DNA of 61,023 nucleotides, counting the filler, from Sphacelaria rigidula (lineage: Eukaryota): assembly GCA_964200075.2 (NCBI GenBank). It is 10 parts of 10 records of this genome, joined end to end, with 100 filler letters (N's around TTAATTAATTAA, not from the genome) between each part and the next. Parts side by side here need not be neighbours in the genome. Positions count along the whole stretch, not along the records: positions 1 to 6,013 come from CAXNAA020022798.1; positions 6,114 to 12,126 come from CAXNAA020022799.1; 8 more parts are not named here. One strand, given 5' to 3'. The position numbers were made by a program, and so were the translations under genes. Positions within the stretch are counted from its first letter, which is position 1. Each line of letters opens with the position of its first letter. Below are positions 1-12,226 of this stretch, piece after piece. The notes beneath the pieces are model-generated. The model was not told the origin of the DNA, made no database searches, and was given only the letters and a program-made list of their open reading frames with translations.

Positions 1-129
1 GCGCGCGCGAGATACGCCCCGGTCCCCCCCGGGGGCGGGGCGGGGGGCGGGGGCGGGGGGGGGGGGGGGGGGGGGGGGGTCGGTCTGCTTTCTCAGGCAT
101 CATACCTCCCCCCAATAATTCGCCAATTC

Positions 130-240
130 CGAGCCTGGTCCGGCGAAAACCCGGGCGTGCTCCGTCTCGGCTTTATAGGGGTGCGAGGTCAATGGTCAGA
201 TGACTATGGGATGCAAGATCATGAGTATCCCCCCCCCCCC
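130..240 (+). mobile_element. Family R1 short (5'-truncated) copy
   Basis: CGAGCCTGGTCCGGCGAAAACCCGG..GCGAGGTCAATGGTCA..ATGAGTA followed by poly(C). CCCCC(A)ATAATTC is present on both sides. Confidence 0.75.
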
Positions 241-1455
241 ATAATTCTCGGAGCAAACATGACAGGTTTGTCATCGGTTCAAGCATTGTGGCAACCCTCG
301 ACACCCGCGGAGCAGTTGGCAGGACCTTTACACACGAGTTCAGGGACAGGACTTTTGAACATATGCCTGTGAGGGCGGCCTGAATCCTGCAGGGCTTTAG
401 TCACAGCCCTAGCATTCTTGTTGGAATGATAGAGCAGTACAACTGCACGCGGTTAATACCGACACAGTAAATGTCTGTAATCCCCCCAACCCCCCCCGCC
501 GCCGCCGCCATTGTGAGCCATCTCTTGAAATTTTTGGATATGGTGCCTGGGAGATTTCGCACGAATTCCCCTGACTCAGTAGTCACTAGTTGGGGCAGAG
601 AACAGACCGAGTACAGGTAGCGCTACCTCGTGAGAACTTGGCACTCAGGAACTCGAGCCTCAAAGTTTTCATTTGGCCTTTGGGAACCCAGTGACGACTC
701 TTGTTTTTGTGAATCGGCATCATTTTCAGTCATTTTCGAGTCGAAATGGTGCCGATTTACACAAGCAAAAATCGCCACTGGGTTCCCAAACGGTTAAGCA
801 CAGTGTGTGATGCCCGAGTAAGAACTCCACACGAAAACCCATATGATGGTTAATGATGACCCACAGAGTAGGCAAGACCTCATGCCTCACGCCAAATAAG
901 AGACTCTTAGATGGTGGTGCTAGCTGGTGGTAGAGACGAAGGCAAGAGCAGAAGACGGCAAAAGAGCGGACAAAACAAAAAATAAAAACGACGCAGACGT
1001 CGTGAATGAAGCTAGAGACGGGCAACACTGTTACAGGATACCTTGACAGCTATCTCCAAAATCACCCTAAAAATGTTCTTCTCGTCTTATCCCTTTTATC
1101 TTATATAAATAAAACGAGTTTTCTGGAGTTGCCTTCTGGAGGGTACAATTCTTGTATACCTGGGGTATTTACCCGGGTGATACCCGTACCCAATAGTTCC
1201 GACATCTGTAAGAACTTTTCATGTTTTACCTTTACCCGGAGTGCGGATATACCCTTGCAAAAATACACGGTTGCGGGTGAGGATTTTCTGTACAACCCGC
1301 ATCTCATACCCGACAGATTCTGTAAGTTCTGTGATAAATCTCATACCCTACCGAACATACCCGTACTCTACTACGGAACATAACTTCAGAATTTTGCTTC
1401 AAGACCAAACCCACTCAAGAGCAGCAGCAGCGAAATTTGCAAAGTATCAACCGAC

Positions 1456-4400
1456 CTGAAAAAGATAGCCACCACGGCGGCGAAGCTAATCGCGATGTAC
1501 TGCCACATGGCGGGGTTGTCATTTTCCTCGGCCTCAAGTCTGTCCACCCAGCGAGACAAGAAGAGGTTCTGCGTGAACAGCAGTCCATTGTAGGTCACAT
1601 GGAGGACGAGATATGGCATCTGTTCCGAGGAAAGAAAACGGATCACAAAAAAAACGAACAGAAAAGGTCGTTGAGAAACAATAACAAAAAATAGACAAAA
1701 ACAAAAATCATGGACTCAGTGCGTGAGTGAGCGAGAGAGTGAGGGTCGTGTCCGAAAAAAATGGGTACAAGAATGAAGAGCGAGAGCGGAAAAAGCGCAG
1801 GCTCAGACGCGCGTATAAAAGAAGAAACGTCACACAATTTACCAATAATACAGTGCTGGATGGAAGGTTACGTACGTCCTTACTCTCACTTCACTTCGAT
1901 TTTCCTTCCTCTGTGTGATCATCTGGCCAGAGCACCACAATGGACATACAATGCCGATTTATACGCCGAAGAACGATCAAGTTCCGCTGATGTTTAATAA
2001 CCCCCGCCTTGTATGTCGTCGCGTGTAATTGTCGCTAGGGACAATGAAAGAGAAAATACTCGAACACGCTAGAAACGTATGCGACACAGAAGACAGCGTT
2101 TAAAGGATAGACCCGAAAGATGTGATCCCCGCCACGTACTTGACATCCATGACCGCCATCGTGCCACGCCGGGAGATCAAAACAAGAGATTTTTGTCACA
2201 ATTCATCATTGCAATTGTTCACACCCAGGACAACATGTGATCAATAGTTGCAACAGGAAAAAAATGTACTGGGTGAAGTATAGCCCTATCGGGCCCCTTG
2301 TCGATCCGACAGTAGTTACAACAGGCCATACTTTATGTAGTACATTTTCTTATTGCGACTGTTGATCATATATTGTCCCGAGTGTGACCCATGTGAGCAA
2401 TACCATGGTATAGCTTAGGCCTTGTCTTAGCACACCATTTTTCGATCGAAAAGGTGCGATGGGAAACAAAAATCCCGATCTGGTAGGTCGTGATTTCAAC
2501 CATCTTGATATTTAACGATGATTGAAATTACGACCTATCAGATCGGTATTTTTGTTCTTGACCGCACAACTTCGATCGAACATTCATGTGCCAAGACACG
2601 CCCTTAGAACAAAACGCTCGAACGTCCACACGAGGGATAATGTACGTTCGCGAGATATCCGTCCACGAACGTTCCCTGACAAGTGATGGTCCGTCACTTA
2701 GACCTATGGGCTACATCTCTCCTCGCAGGGTACGCTCGCAGCTGAATCTTCAACCTCCACTCACTCAAGAACGAAGTCACAGTCGTGTGTCAGGCGGCCC
2801 ACGTCCGAGGCCCTTGTAAGTGTCGTCTTCATCCATGAGCGTGGTCGCCTCATTGGCGTCTACAATACAAGTTAAACCGAAACGTTTTGAATAGGATTCA
2901 TCCTTACAACTGCCATCATCATTATTATAAGTGTCGCAAACTGGGCTCCCGGTATCCTGGTTTGTGTTCTTCCATGATTTCACGTGAAAGTGATGATGAT
3001 TCATCAGATGATGAGACCTTTTCACCGCCAGGTCAGGCCCTCCTATGAATCGTCATCAGTTTCACTTGAAAAAATAGCACACAACTCAGAGCCAGCGAAT
3101 GAACCAAGATACCGGGAGCGGAGTTTAATATACCTCTATTACAACGATTGTTCTTGCTCTAATTGTCATTTTAATCACTATCAGCATCTGCATCTGCATA
3201 ATAATCGTCACCATCGCCATCACCATCACCATCATCATCATCCCCATCATCACATCCGCCATATATCAAGTGAACACTACAGATATGATGCGTTTCCTCT
3301 CGGGCAAGAAAAAGGCTGCTTTTGTCTTCATTGCTCATCATCCGCAAGTCCACCGATAACGTCAAGGCCAGATAGAGCATAGCATAGCTGCATCTATTGA
3401 AAACAAGGTTGCGTTCTGTAGGGCATGCAGTACCCGCAAGTCGGGAATTTTTGGTTGGCATACTAAACCATACCGAAATGTGTACCCAACATTCCGGTAT
3501 GGTCCGGCACGATATCAAGCTTCGTTCCGAACACTCCGATATGGATCCGAAGGGTATTTACCTAAAAAATACCTCTGTTCTACCTCAGGGAATACCCGAA
3601 TTTCAGTCGATATACCCTACAGAACACAAGCTTAACACACTTGGCGACATTACTGTCATTAAACGGTAATGTTTCTCTCTTCGAAACACGTCCGATCTGA
3701 CTTACGAGGAACAGCAGGATACCACCGGCTGCTTTGCTGTAGGCCACATAGATGCCCAGACCCGGTGACCCGCGCTGCCTGGATACACGTGACCGACAAA
3801 AAAAAAGAGGGGGAGAATGAGATACAAGGCAATGTCGACGAAAGCGGAGGAAAGTCGGAGCGAGACTTCTTACCAACCCACGACTTTTGAGACAGTCTTG
3901 ATGATGAAAAGGAAATCCGTGGCCACATTACATTACCCGAAGGTCAACACAACCCCCCAGCCCGCCCCACTGGCCTCCCCTCTCCTCCCTTGTTCGAGTA
4001 GACTTTTCTTTTTTTTCCCGTCACCCGGGAGTGTTTTGCGCGCTGGTTTCCAGCGAGTTCACCATAGCGAATGCGCACGGATGGCTCAAAATTGTACGTA
4101 TTATTTACTATGCATATGATTTACCCCTTGTTCCAAGTAATAAATCAAGAAATACGTGACTAGAAGAAATAATAAGCAAATAAAAGAAGAAAATATGAAA
4201 TAAATGATGGCACAAATCCAGTAAGTAAAGAATAGACACGAACGAGCAAGAAAATGAAAAATAATTATATACACAAGGTACACGAGTGCAAAGAAGGGTA
4301 CATCCGTGTTCCCCTCACAGGATACGGAGTTGGAAAGTACAATCCAGAGTAATACAACGATTTAGGATACGAATCACGGCTTCGACTCATAGAGGAGAGA

Positions 4401-5945
4401 CTCGATGAAAAGTCATTCATGACACGGTACTTGTTTATCGTACATTTTCACGATTTTGGAGCTTGAAACAAAATAAAATAAACTACGGAGGAACGAGTAC
4501 AACTACTAACCTGTGTTCTTCCTTGACAAGCTCGTTCTTCTCCCGGTCCTGATCGGCCTTGGAGCCTGCCGCCTCAGTCCTAAAACTGCCCGATCCCTCT
4601 TCCAAACTGCGCTGACGCGTCAGTCTCTCTCCGCCGCCGACCTTGACGAGCACCAGGAACCCATGCGGTCAACCATCAATTAACCATCATCACACGCACA
4701 TACACGAAGAAAATCTGGCAAGAATAACTCTCGTCATACATGCACGCTCCTTGCAGGGTATGTCTCGCAGGCACCACCAACACAAGAAAACACGTGAGGC
4801 AAAGTACCTGGCCATCTACACACCCATCCATGCGTACAAACGTGCATACGTGTATACGTGCACATGTACATACGTACGTACATACATAGATGCATGCATC
4901 CTTCAACCGTGGTTAATGGTACCAGACCAGGGTAAACCCGCCTCTAAACGCTACCACGGGTTCAGGGATCTTCCCACACCCACTTTTGAGTGAGAATTTC
5001 CGTCTACACGGTCGTTATCCAGGAATCGGGCAGGGAAAAAATTGTCTGCTTAATCGAATTCTGAACATACTTCAACTCTTGTACGTTTCGTGTAGGGATA
5101 TTCTACGCGTCTGCACACATATCATATACAAGCCAAGTGCCATAAACGCACTCCACGAACTACTGTTTCCTCCGTCCTTCACATATGTACGCCATGACCC
5201 CCCCATTCTCCCCCCGTTCCGTCCCCCGTCGCGAGGACCGTAAGATGGTCGGACTGCTACCTTAGCACGAGGAGAATCAATCGTGCAGGGTTCAAGCGCC
5301 CCATGCTGTGAACAGGTACCGCCAAGACAGCGATGTGATATGCCCTGCTCGGTGCTGTCCCACGTCTCTAAACAATACCGCCGTGCCCACTCGCATCAAG
5401 CGTGGGAAGTGACCGCTTCACCATCACAGGGTGCGCCATACCCCATGTGCTAAGCCGGATACACCACCAAATTATTCCTTGTTCAACACCTTCAAAAGCT
5501 AGCACGTATTTATTTCTCTAGACGAAAGGGTCAAGGAATGTCTCCAGACAAGTGTTGCTGAGGAACTTAGCACGCACCGAACGTTTGTTCCTCCATGTAC
5601 ACTTCGAACGCAAATACGTGAAACAGCATGCATATATGCAATCATCAGTAACTCTTCTAGTTTGCCCCCTTCTTCTGCCAACATTGTGCGTGTTGGTATT
5701 AACCCCCGACACGTGTCACCCCCTACAGCCCCTGCCCCGTCCATCTCTCAATGCCAAATTCGTAACCAGCAATCACCGCGAACGGCACCGCACAGCCGTG
5801 TCCATGCTCAGCCTACCTTGTTGATGAGTGCCCACAGGCGAGAGCCCTCGTCCTGCATCAGCAGCCGGGGGTCGCCCATTTCAGCCATTTGGCCGTCCGA
5901 CGTCATGAGCGCCACTCGATCCGCGTAGCGCGCAGTCATGGGTAC
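1456..5945 (-). CDS. ABCC (MRP-type) ABC transporter, internal part (end of NBD1, linker, start of TMD2); 4 exons, gene incomplete
   Basis: Phase-compatible AG/GT exons: 5945-5817 (VPMTARYADRVALMTSDGQMAEMGDPRLLMQDEGSRLWALINK, NBD C-terminal segment), 4641-4511 (..KNELVKEEHR, ABCC linker), 3778-3706 (RQRGSPGLGIYVAYSKAAGGILLFL) and 1619-1456 (MPYLVLHVTYNGLLFTQNLFLSRWVD..YIAISFAAVVAIFFR). The order and motifs (EE-R-xG..Y..Y..AAGG, LSxW) match the ABCC NBD1-TMD2 junction. Confidence 0.88.
2220..2386. mobile_element. MITE family B (CACACC.GGACAA..TTGTCC.GGTGTG), palindromic
   Basis: Near end-to-end hairpin, homologous to 50056-50232 and 50816-50985. Confidence 0.75.
2418..2603. mobile_element. 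PIF/Harbinger (Tourist-like) MITE
   Basis: 186-bp hairpin with GG(C/G)C(T/G)TGTCTT termini, flanked by TTA on both sides (2415-2417 and 2604-2606). Confidence 0.75.
3405..3633. mobile_element. MITE-like element
   Basis: TIRs AAGGTTGCGTTCTGTAGGGCAT and ATACCCTACAGAACACAAGCTT; no clear TSD. Confidence 0.55.
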
Positions 5946-6013
5946 CTTGTAAAGCACGGGGTGGGGGGGGGGGGGGGGGGGGGGGACCAGTTTTTTTTTT
6001 GTCTTTGATATAT

Positions 6014-6113
6014 NNNNNNNNNNNNNNNNNNNNNNNNNNNNNNNNNNNNNNNNNNNNTTAATTAATTAANNNNNNNNNNNNNNNNNNNNNNNNNNNNNNN
6101 NNNNNNNNNNNNN
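6014..6113. other. Artificial 100-bp contig linker (N44-TTAATTAATTAA-N44); nine in total
   Basis: Identical linkers at 6014, 12127, 18240, 24352, 30464, 36576, 42688, 48800 and 54912. The 12-mer gives stop codons in all six frames. Confidence 0.98.
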
Positions 6114-6121
6114 TAGAATCG

Positions 6122-8621
6122 TTAGGAGCCCCTGAACCAGACAAAATTTCGCGAAAAAAGTGCACCCCTACCGTAGCATTGCTCGCGGGAGTAGCGTAGG
6201 CGATTGTTCCTTGCGAACAGGCCTGTAAAATCGGCCGTGAAACGAGGAAGCCACGTTCCTTTGTGAGGCGCGAGGTGCAGGCCTGGTGTCGGGCCGGCAT
6301 TGGCCGCCGAGCTAGCTGCACGAGGCGGGGGTGTTGGGGCCGTCTTGAGGACGGCGGCGGCTGCAGCATACGATCGGTGGTCGGACTTACGTGAAATAAC
6401 GTAAGTCGACGTGTCGATCGTGGGCTGGCGGGAAGAGCAACCACCGAGCAGGTTACCGGTGGACGGCGGAGAGGCCTGATGGTTAGTTAGGCGGGCCACC
6501 GACGTGGCCGCTTCGTGGGCAGTCCGTTGGACATGGTCCTCGAGATCCCTTGCGCGCCTCTGGGCCGCCAAAGCAGCAGTACGACCCTCCTCCAGGGCAC
6601 GTTGAGCCGCGGAGTTCGTGATCTGGGCGCGTGAAGCCTGGCGCTGAAGGTCTTTGTGCTTGTCCGCGTGTTCTTCAGCTAGGAGGCGTGCAGCAGTGGC
6701 GTCGGCCTCCCGTTGTTACTCGACTATGTTTTTGGCTAGCACTGGCGCTTGCGAGGCATGATCTCTATGAGCCCCAACTGTTCCGCACGGGGGCGATTCC
6801 TGAACAGCCTCAAGAGGAGACAGGTGGGGCAGTGCTCGTCGCCGAGCGGAGAGAGATCCTCCACAGACTGGGGCGGGGGCACGGGGGCATCCGTGACAGG
6901 ACCGGTGGTTGGGCCACTATCAGCGTCTGTATCGACGGCAGACGGGGCGGCAACGGTCGTGGGAGCCGTGACTGCAGTGGTCGTGGCAGGAGGCGCAGCG
7001 GCCATGATAGCAGGGGCGGCAGCGGCTGCGGTGGCGGCAGCAGCAGTGGCGGCAGCTCCTGTATGTTCCCTAGCGGTCTTGGCGGTCTTGGCGGTCTTGG
7101 CGGTGATTACTCCCTTGTTCTCCATTCTGGACCTTGTCAGTTCTCGCTCGAGAGCTGCCAGTCGTTGTTTTAAGGAGCGGATAGTCGCAGCATCAGAGCG
7201 GGACGGGGGGTTGCGGTCATTGCGAGGTCGTCGGTTGTGCGATGAGTTGCGGCTAGATCCCTCAATTGCGGATTCGAGAGCCGGTGACATGTCCGAAAAT
7301 ATATTCTGGATGTCGTCAGTATGTACAGTAATATCATTGCGTAAATGACGGCGGCGTGATTGATGCGGAGCAGGAGGAGTGCGCCCGGTTGCATGATCGG
7401 TGTTCTTCGAGCGTGAGTGAACGCGCGATGAACTTGACCTGTGCCGCGAATCATTCTCGTGAGTACGGTCATGGTCGGCATTCACCGGGCGCTTCGGAGA
7501 GCGCGATGAATTGGACCTGCGTCGTGAACTACCGTCATATGTGCGACCATGAGCGAAATTCTTCGGGCGTGTGAAAACGCGCGATGAATTCAAGCTGTGC
7601 AGGGAGTTGTCCTTGGAACTTCCAGCACGGGTGACGTGGTCGTGACCAGCTGCTGGCGTGCGGCACCGTTCAGGTTCGCGAGCAAGACTTTGGTTTGAAG
7701 TGGAGGAGGGGCTGGACTCGTGTTCGTTGAATTTTTCATGAGAGACGAGCGGAGAACGCCATGTCGCCGATCGGGGCGCCAAACGTACGGGTTTGGGCAT
7801 GGCAGGTGCAGAATCATCGTTGAATTGCACTTGAGCAGACGCCGGTTGGTCTTGGAGCGTGGCCTAGCGTAAAGCCGTAAATGCCTCGATTGGAGCGGAG
7901 ATCGGCGTGTGCGCCTACGCCGATGAAGGGCGATGCATATTCTGCACGGCACAATGCATGGCGGCAACTGCTGGTCCGGCATTGGACTGCGCAGCAGAGC
8001 GCATGGGACTGCCGAGAGTGGTGCGATGGGGGTCCGTAACGGGAGCAGCCCGCGTGACAAAATCTCTTGCTCTAGCAGCGATACGGTTCGTCGGGACTGA
8101 GTCGTCTCGAGAGTGGTCAACCGTCGTTCGACGGGGTGTCACGGTTGAAGCAACCATTACAGGGTCAAGCTGGGCACGTGTGTCCAGGGGCAGCGACTCG
8201 GCTGGGGGCACAATCCTGACTTCGGATTCCACATCGGGATTCGGAAGAATATACCGTAGCGAGGAGGGTGTACGGAATCCACCGTTATGGGTTCACTGAC
8301 ATGTCTGTCAGGAGCCAATGACTCGGCCGGTAGCACAGTCCTCTTCTCTGAGTCCGAATCGGTACGTGAGAGAACAGGTCGCGGCGTCATAATCGTTTCC
8401 TCAAGTACCGAAGAACGAGCATCGCTCGAAGGTTGGTCTTCAGTTCCCGAAGATCGAACAGCGCTCGCGTACGTGCGTCGAATAGTTGGAGGTGACGTGA
8501 CACTCATATCAAAATATTTCAATTCGCCAATGGTTTGGCTTCGTATCCGGCGAAGCGATTGGTTTCCCAATTGAGGGGAAGAGCCAGCGTTATTTCTGTG
8601 CGACATAATAGTCGTACGCAA
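6122..8621 (-). pseudogene. Long, interrupted low-complexity/coiled-coil ORF, possibly a retroelement ORF1/gag-like protein
   Basis: Successive overlapping ORFs (8621-8157, 8232-7915, 7830-6736, 6571-6122) without splice-type breaks. Ser/Arg-rich and Ala/Thr-rich tracts and coiled-coil segments (IRSLKQRLAALERELTR; AARLLAEEHADKHKDLQRQ). No diagnostic domain seen. Confidence 0.4.
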
Positions 8622-9341
8622 CTTGTGTGCTTAGCAAAAGTGGGAGCAGTGGACTGTCGTCGGCTCTAATCAAAGGAGCGTGACGCCAAGAAATGCCAGG
8701 TGCAACGGCTGAAGCTTGTATCCAAAATTACAGGATAATGAAGCGTAATAGCGCCTGGAGGAACCTTCGTTGGGAACCTAATGTACTCGAGTATTGTTAG
8801 TCAAGCTAATTGCTGTACGTAACAATGTCGGAGGTCTGGTCAATACAACTATTCAAGTCGAGGAGGTGATAGCTAGCAACGGGAGCTCGCGATCGCGCAC
8901 AGAACAGACGAAAGGCGTCGAAAATGCACAAATCCAATCGGCTGTAGTAGAGGCTGGCACTTGAACGTCGTACAACTTACACGTGCTCCGGTGGCGACGT
9001 CAAGGGCAGACTATAAGTGTATGATCTCGGCACAAGCTGAGAAACGACAGGCAGTGTTCAGAGATAAAATGTAGATGAGTACCGAAGGGTCGTGCGTCGT
9101 AGGGCAGCATGAAAGCTTCTACAAAGCTGGGGATGGAGACCGTAAGATCGGACTGCGTAGTGCAGCACGAAGGCTTGTTACACAACGGAGTTGGGACAAC
9201 GTACATAAATGAAACAAAGTTGAAGTTGTGCACAGCCAAGGGGCACTGATTTTGAATACCGTGTGCTGCAAGTGAGCACGTAACGTAGGCCTGGGATGTT
9301 ACAAGCGAATATTATCGCGACGAAACGGTCTTGGAACAATC

Positions 9342-9579
9342 GACACTTTCTGCGATAGCCCCCCCCCAAAAGTGCATGGTTTTGGGAGGCAGAATCTTGG
9401 CGTAAATCGAAATGGGAAAAGCCGAGCACAACGANNNNNNNNNNTTGGGTTCGTTCTAGCCAATGCCGCCAATATGAGGCGCTTCGTGCAGCCTGAACGC
9501 AAACATCAGGCGCTGTATGGCCATTTGTTTCGTGACACTTTTGAGCTGGTTTTGGGGGGAGGCTATCGCAGAAAGTGTC
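9342..9579. mobile_element. MITE family A (GACACTTTC..GAAAGTGTC TIRs), 4-bp TSD AATC
   Basis: ~29-bp TIR GACACTTTCTGCGATAGCCCCCCCC. AATC at 9338-9341 and 9580-9583. Confidence 0.85.
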
Positions 9580-12226
9580 AATCAATTTTACCCTTAGCCG
9601 AGAGGGGGTCAATGAGAAAACCTCACAGTCGGTTGCGCTGTGTGTTGTTAATTACCACGGTAATGTACAGCGCTATCCTACAGATGTGCGAAGTACAGTA
9701 GGAGAGAACAACAACAACAAACTAGCTACGAGTGACGTATATCGCGACGCAGCGAACGTGCCAGAACGGGTACAAATGTCGTGTACACATGTCCGTGGTC
9801 ACCTGTTGGGGAAGCACGGGTTGTATTACCCAACGACCCATGAACGAAAGATGCAACAGCCGTGTGCAATTGATACTGAAATATTGAAGCGGCAGATGGC
9901 TGGCTTGGCCGAGCCTCAAGTCAGAAACAGCAGGTGGCTGTGAGCAACGATGCACCCTGTGCAGCGTTGTTCTGATACTAACCTGTAGTAGAAAACCTGT
10001 CCTGTCCGAAACGAGAGGCAACAAGAACAAATACGTGAGCTAGGGATAGCTGAGCGTGTGACCGTGCTGTACTGAACGACCAGGGGAGGTGACACTGTGA
10101 AGGCGACACGTACCACAGTGCAAGGTGCGGGTGTGTATGTTGTTATAATGAAGGGATAGCTGATGCACTGGCTGGGGTCTCTCTCAGTATGAGTGCCAGG
10201 AGATACCATGGTGCTAACCAACCAAGCTTCCACGTGGGCAACATCACACAGACCTAGATGTTGTTCGTGAACAATCACACAGTAGGCTCATCCATGTGCA
10301 GACTGTTGATTAGGGACTAGCGTGTTTCATAGCGTCATGTTATATCTACAAGCCTCTCTCACTCAGTATATAGCGGGGGCGCAGCCATAGGAGCAGAGCG
10401 TAGTGATGGCCCAGGGTAGAGACCAAGGCAAGCCGGTAACTGATTGAGGTGATCAACGCCATGTGGCGAAGCCGGGACAATCCTAACTAATGACAGTAGC
10501 AAACGCAGTAACAGCGCGTCACGGAATCCAGGGTCTACGAGCAGACCCGCACATCGTGATATCGTACTGCCACCAAGCTTCATCACACTAGCCCATCCTA
10601 GACGAGTCCTTATGCAGTTGAATGATCATCACCTCGTCAAAATGTAATTGCGCCGAGGGACTTGAAAATTCAACGAGAAAGGGCTCTTCTACACTACACT
10701 CGTACTAAAGTATGAAGCGAAGAAAAAATCATGACTCTCCCACACCTCTCAAAGGCGAGCATCGCTGCGACCCGACACATCAAACGTTCAATCCACGAGA
10801 AAAAAACGTTGTATCTACGTGACACTCACGACCTATGTTGAACAAGACAACACACGCGCAAGTCCATCTACAAAATAAAGCACTAAATGGTACGCACGCA
10901 TAGACTGCATTCACCAACGGAACAAGGGAGGAAATGCCAGATAATCCGGGAAGAGGGGGGGAAAACGCAATGCGGCATAGCATCGCGGCAACTGCTCTGG
11001 TCGGACGCAGACCCAAGTGAGCCCCACATCTTTGTCCGACTCCGTCCCGACACATCCGTCGCGTATAGCGAGAGTGGCACCCCGCTCGTTTCCGTGGCAG
11101 GGCCGAACAAGTGTGCATGCTGGACATTGCACTGAGGCATGTTGAAAGCAAGAAAAGGGCTGGCACCGATGACAGCAAGCATCGAAGGTGGGAGAGGGCG
11201 GGATGAAAATAGGACTGTACATGGTGCAGAGGGGGTTGAACGGGGGAAAGGAACGTGTAGTTGTGGTACTTACCGTAAACGGTGATTTAGTTTCCGGCTC
11301 CGCTCCTGGTAGCCGTGGGTCAGGTACCCTGTCGGGTAGGATTATGTTTTTTCTTTTCGGGTGGAGGGTCGGTTTTGCTTGGTGGCGTCATGGGGTCGCC
11401 TCCGGGAGAGGAGGGGGAATAAATATTGACTCGCGGTACTTTCCGAGGTGTGGAGTTGTCGTTTCTCGAGGCAAAAGTCTCTTTCTCCTGCAACAAGTGC
11501 CGTTGGAAATCCGACAGGAGCTCGGTGGTATGGAGTGCTGACCCCGATGTCCGCGCCACACGCAAGGCAGAGGAAGGGGACCTGTTTCCTGGCGCCCTTC
11601 GAGACTGGCTTTGTCTCCTGGGATACAGATGCGTGGGTAGTGCACACGGAGCACCTGCCGATGTTGAACGAATCGGGAGAAGGACGAAGGGACGGTTGCG
11701 AAAAGTTTAGCGAGGAAAGTACGGAAGGAAACATAGTTGTACTGTGAGCAAATGCGTGGCGAACGGGTGTTGAAAGCAACGGTGATCAGGTTACTCCTCG
11801 ATGAACTTACAGTGGGAAAACCACCGGCTTGTTAGAAACTGTGGCATTCTATACAAGCAAGTACAGCATGTAGGAGTGTGTTGTATTGCGTCAACACAAA
11901 GAAGGTGAGAGGTCTCCTCCTAGCGCCCCGTTCCCCATGTGTGGTGAATCGTGGGCTGAAAATGGGTGATGTCAACTCCTGCGGGAAAGTACACCGAAAA
12001 CATGCAATAAATGGACTGGGAACTGGACCAGTTAATACTGCATCTCTTCATTGTAACTGGAGTTGAACTGGAAATGGCTAGAGTCATCCTACGATAGGGG
12101 GGGGGTATTTTGGGCCATTTGTTGCTNNNNNNNNNNNNNNNNNNNNNNNNNNNNNNNNNNNNNNNNNNNNTTAATTAATTAANNNNNNNNNNNNNNNNNN
12201 NNNNNNNNNNNNNNNNNNNNNNNNNN

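Noticed and set aside
6631..7348. Plus-strand Gly/Ala-rich ORFs (180 and 199 aa)
   Set aside because: Antisense shadows of the GC-rich minus-strand ORF.
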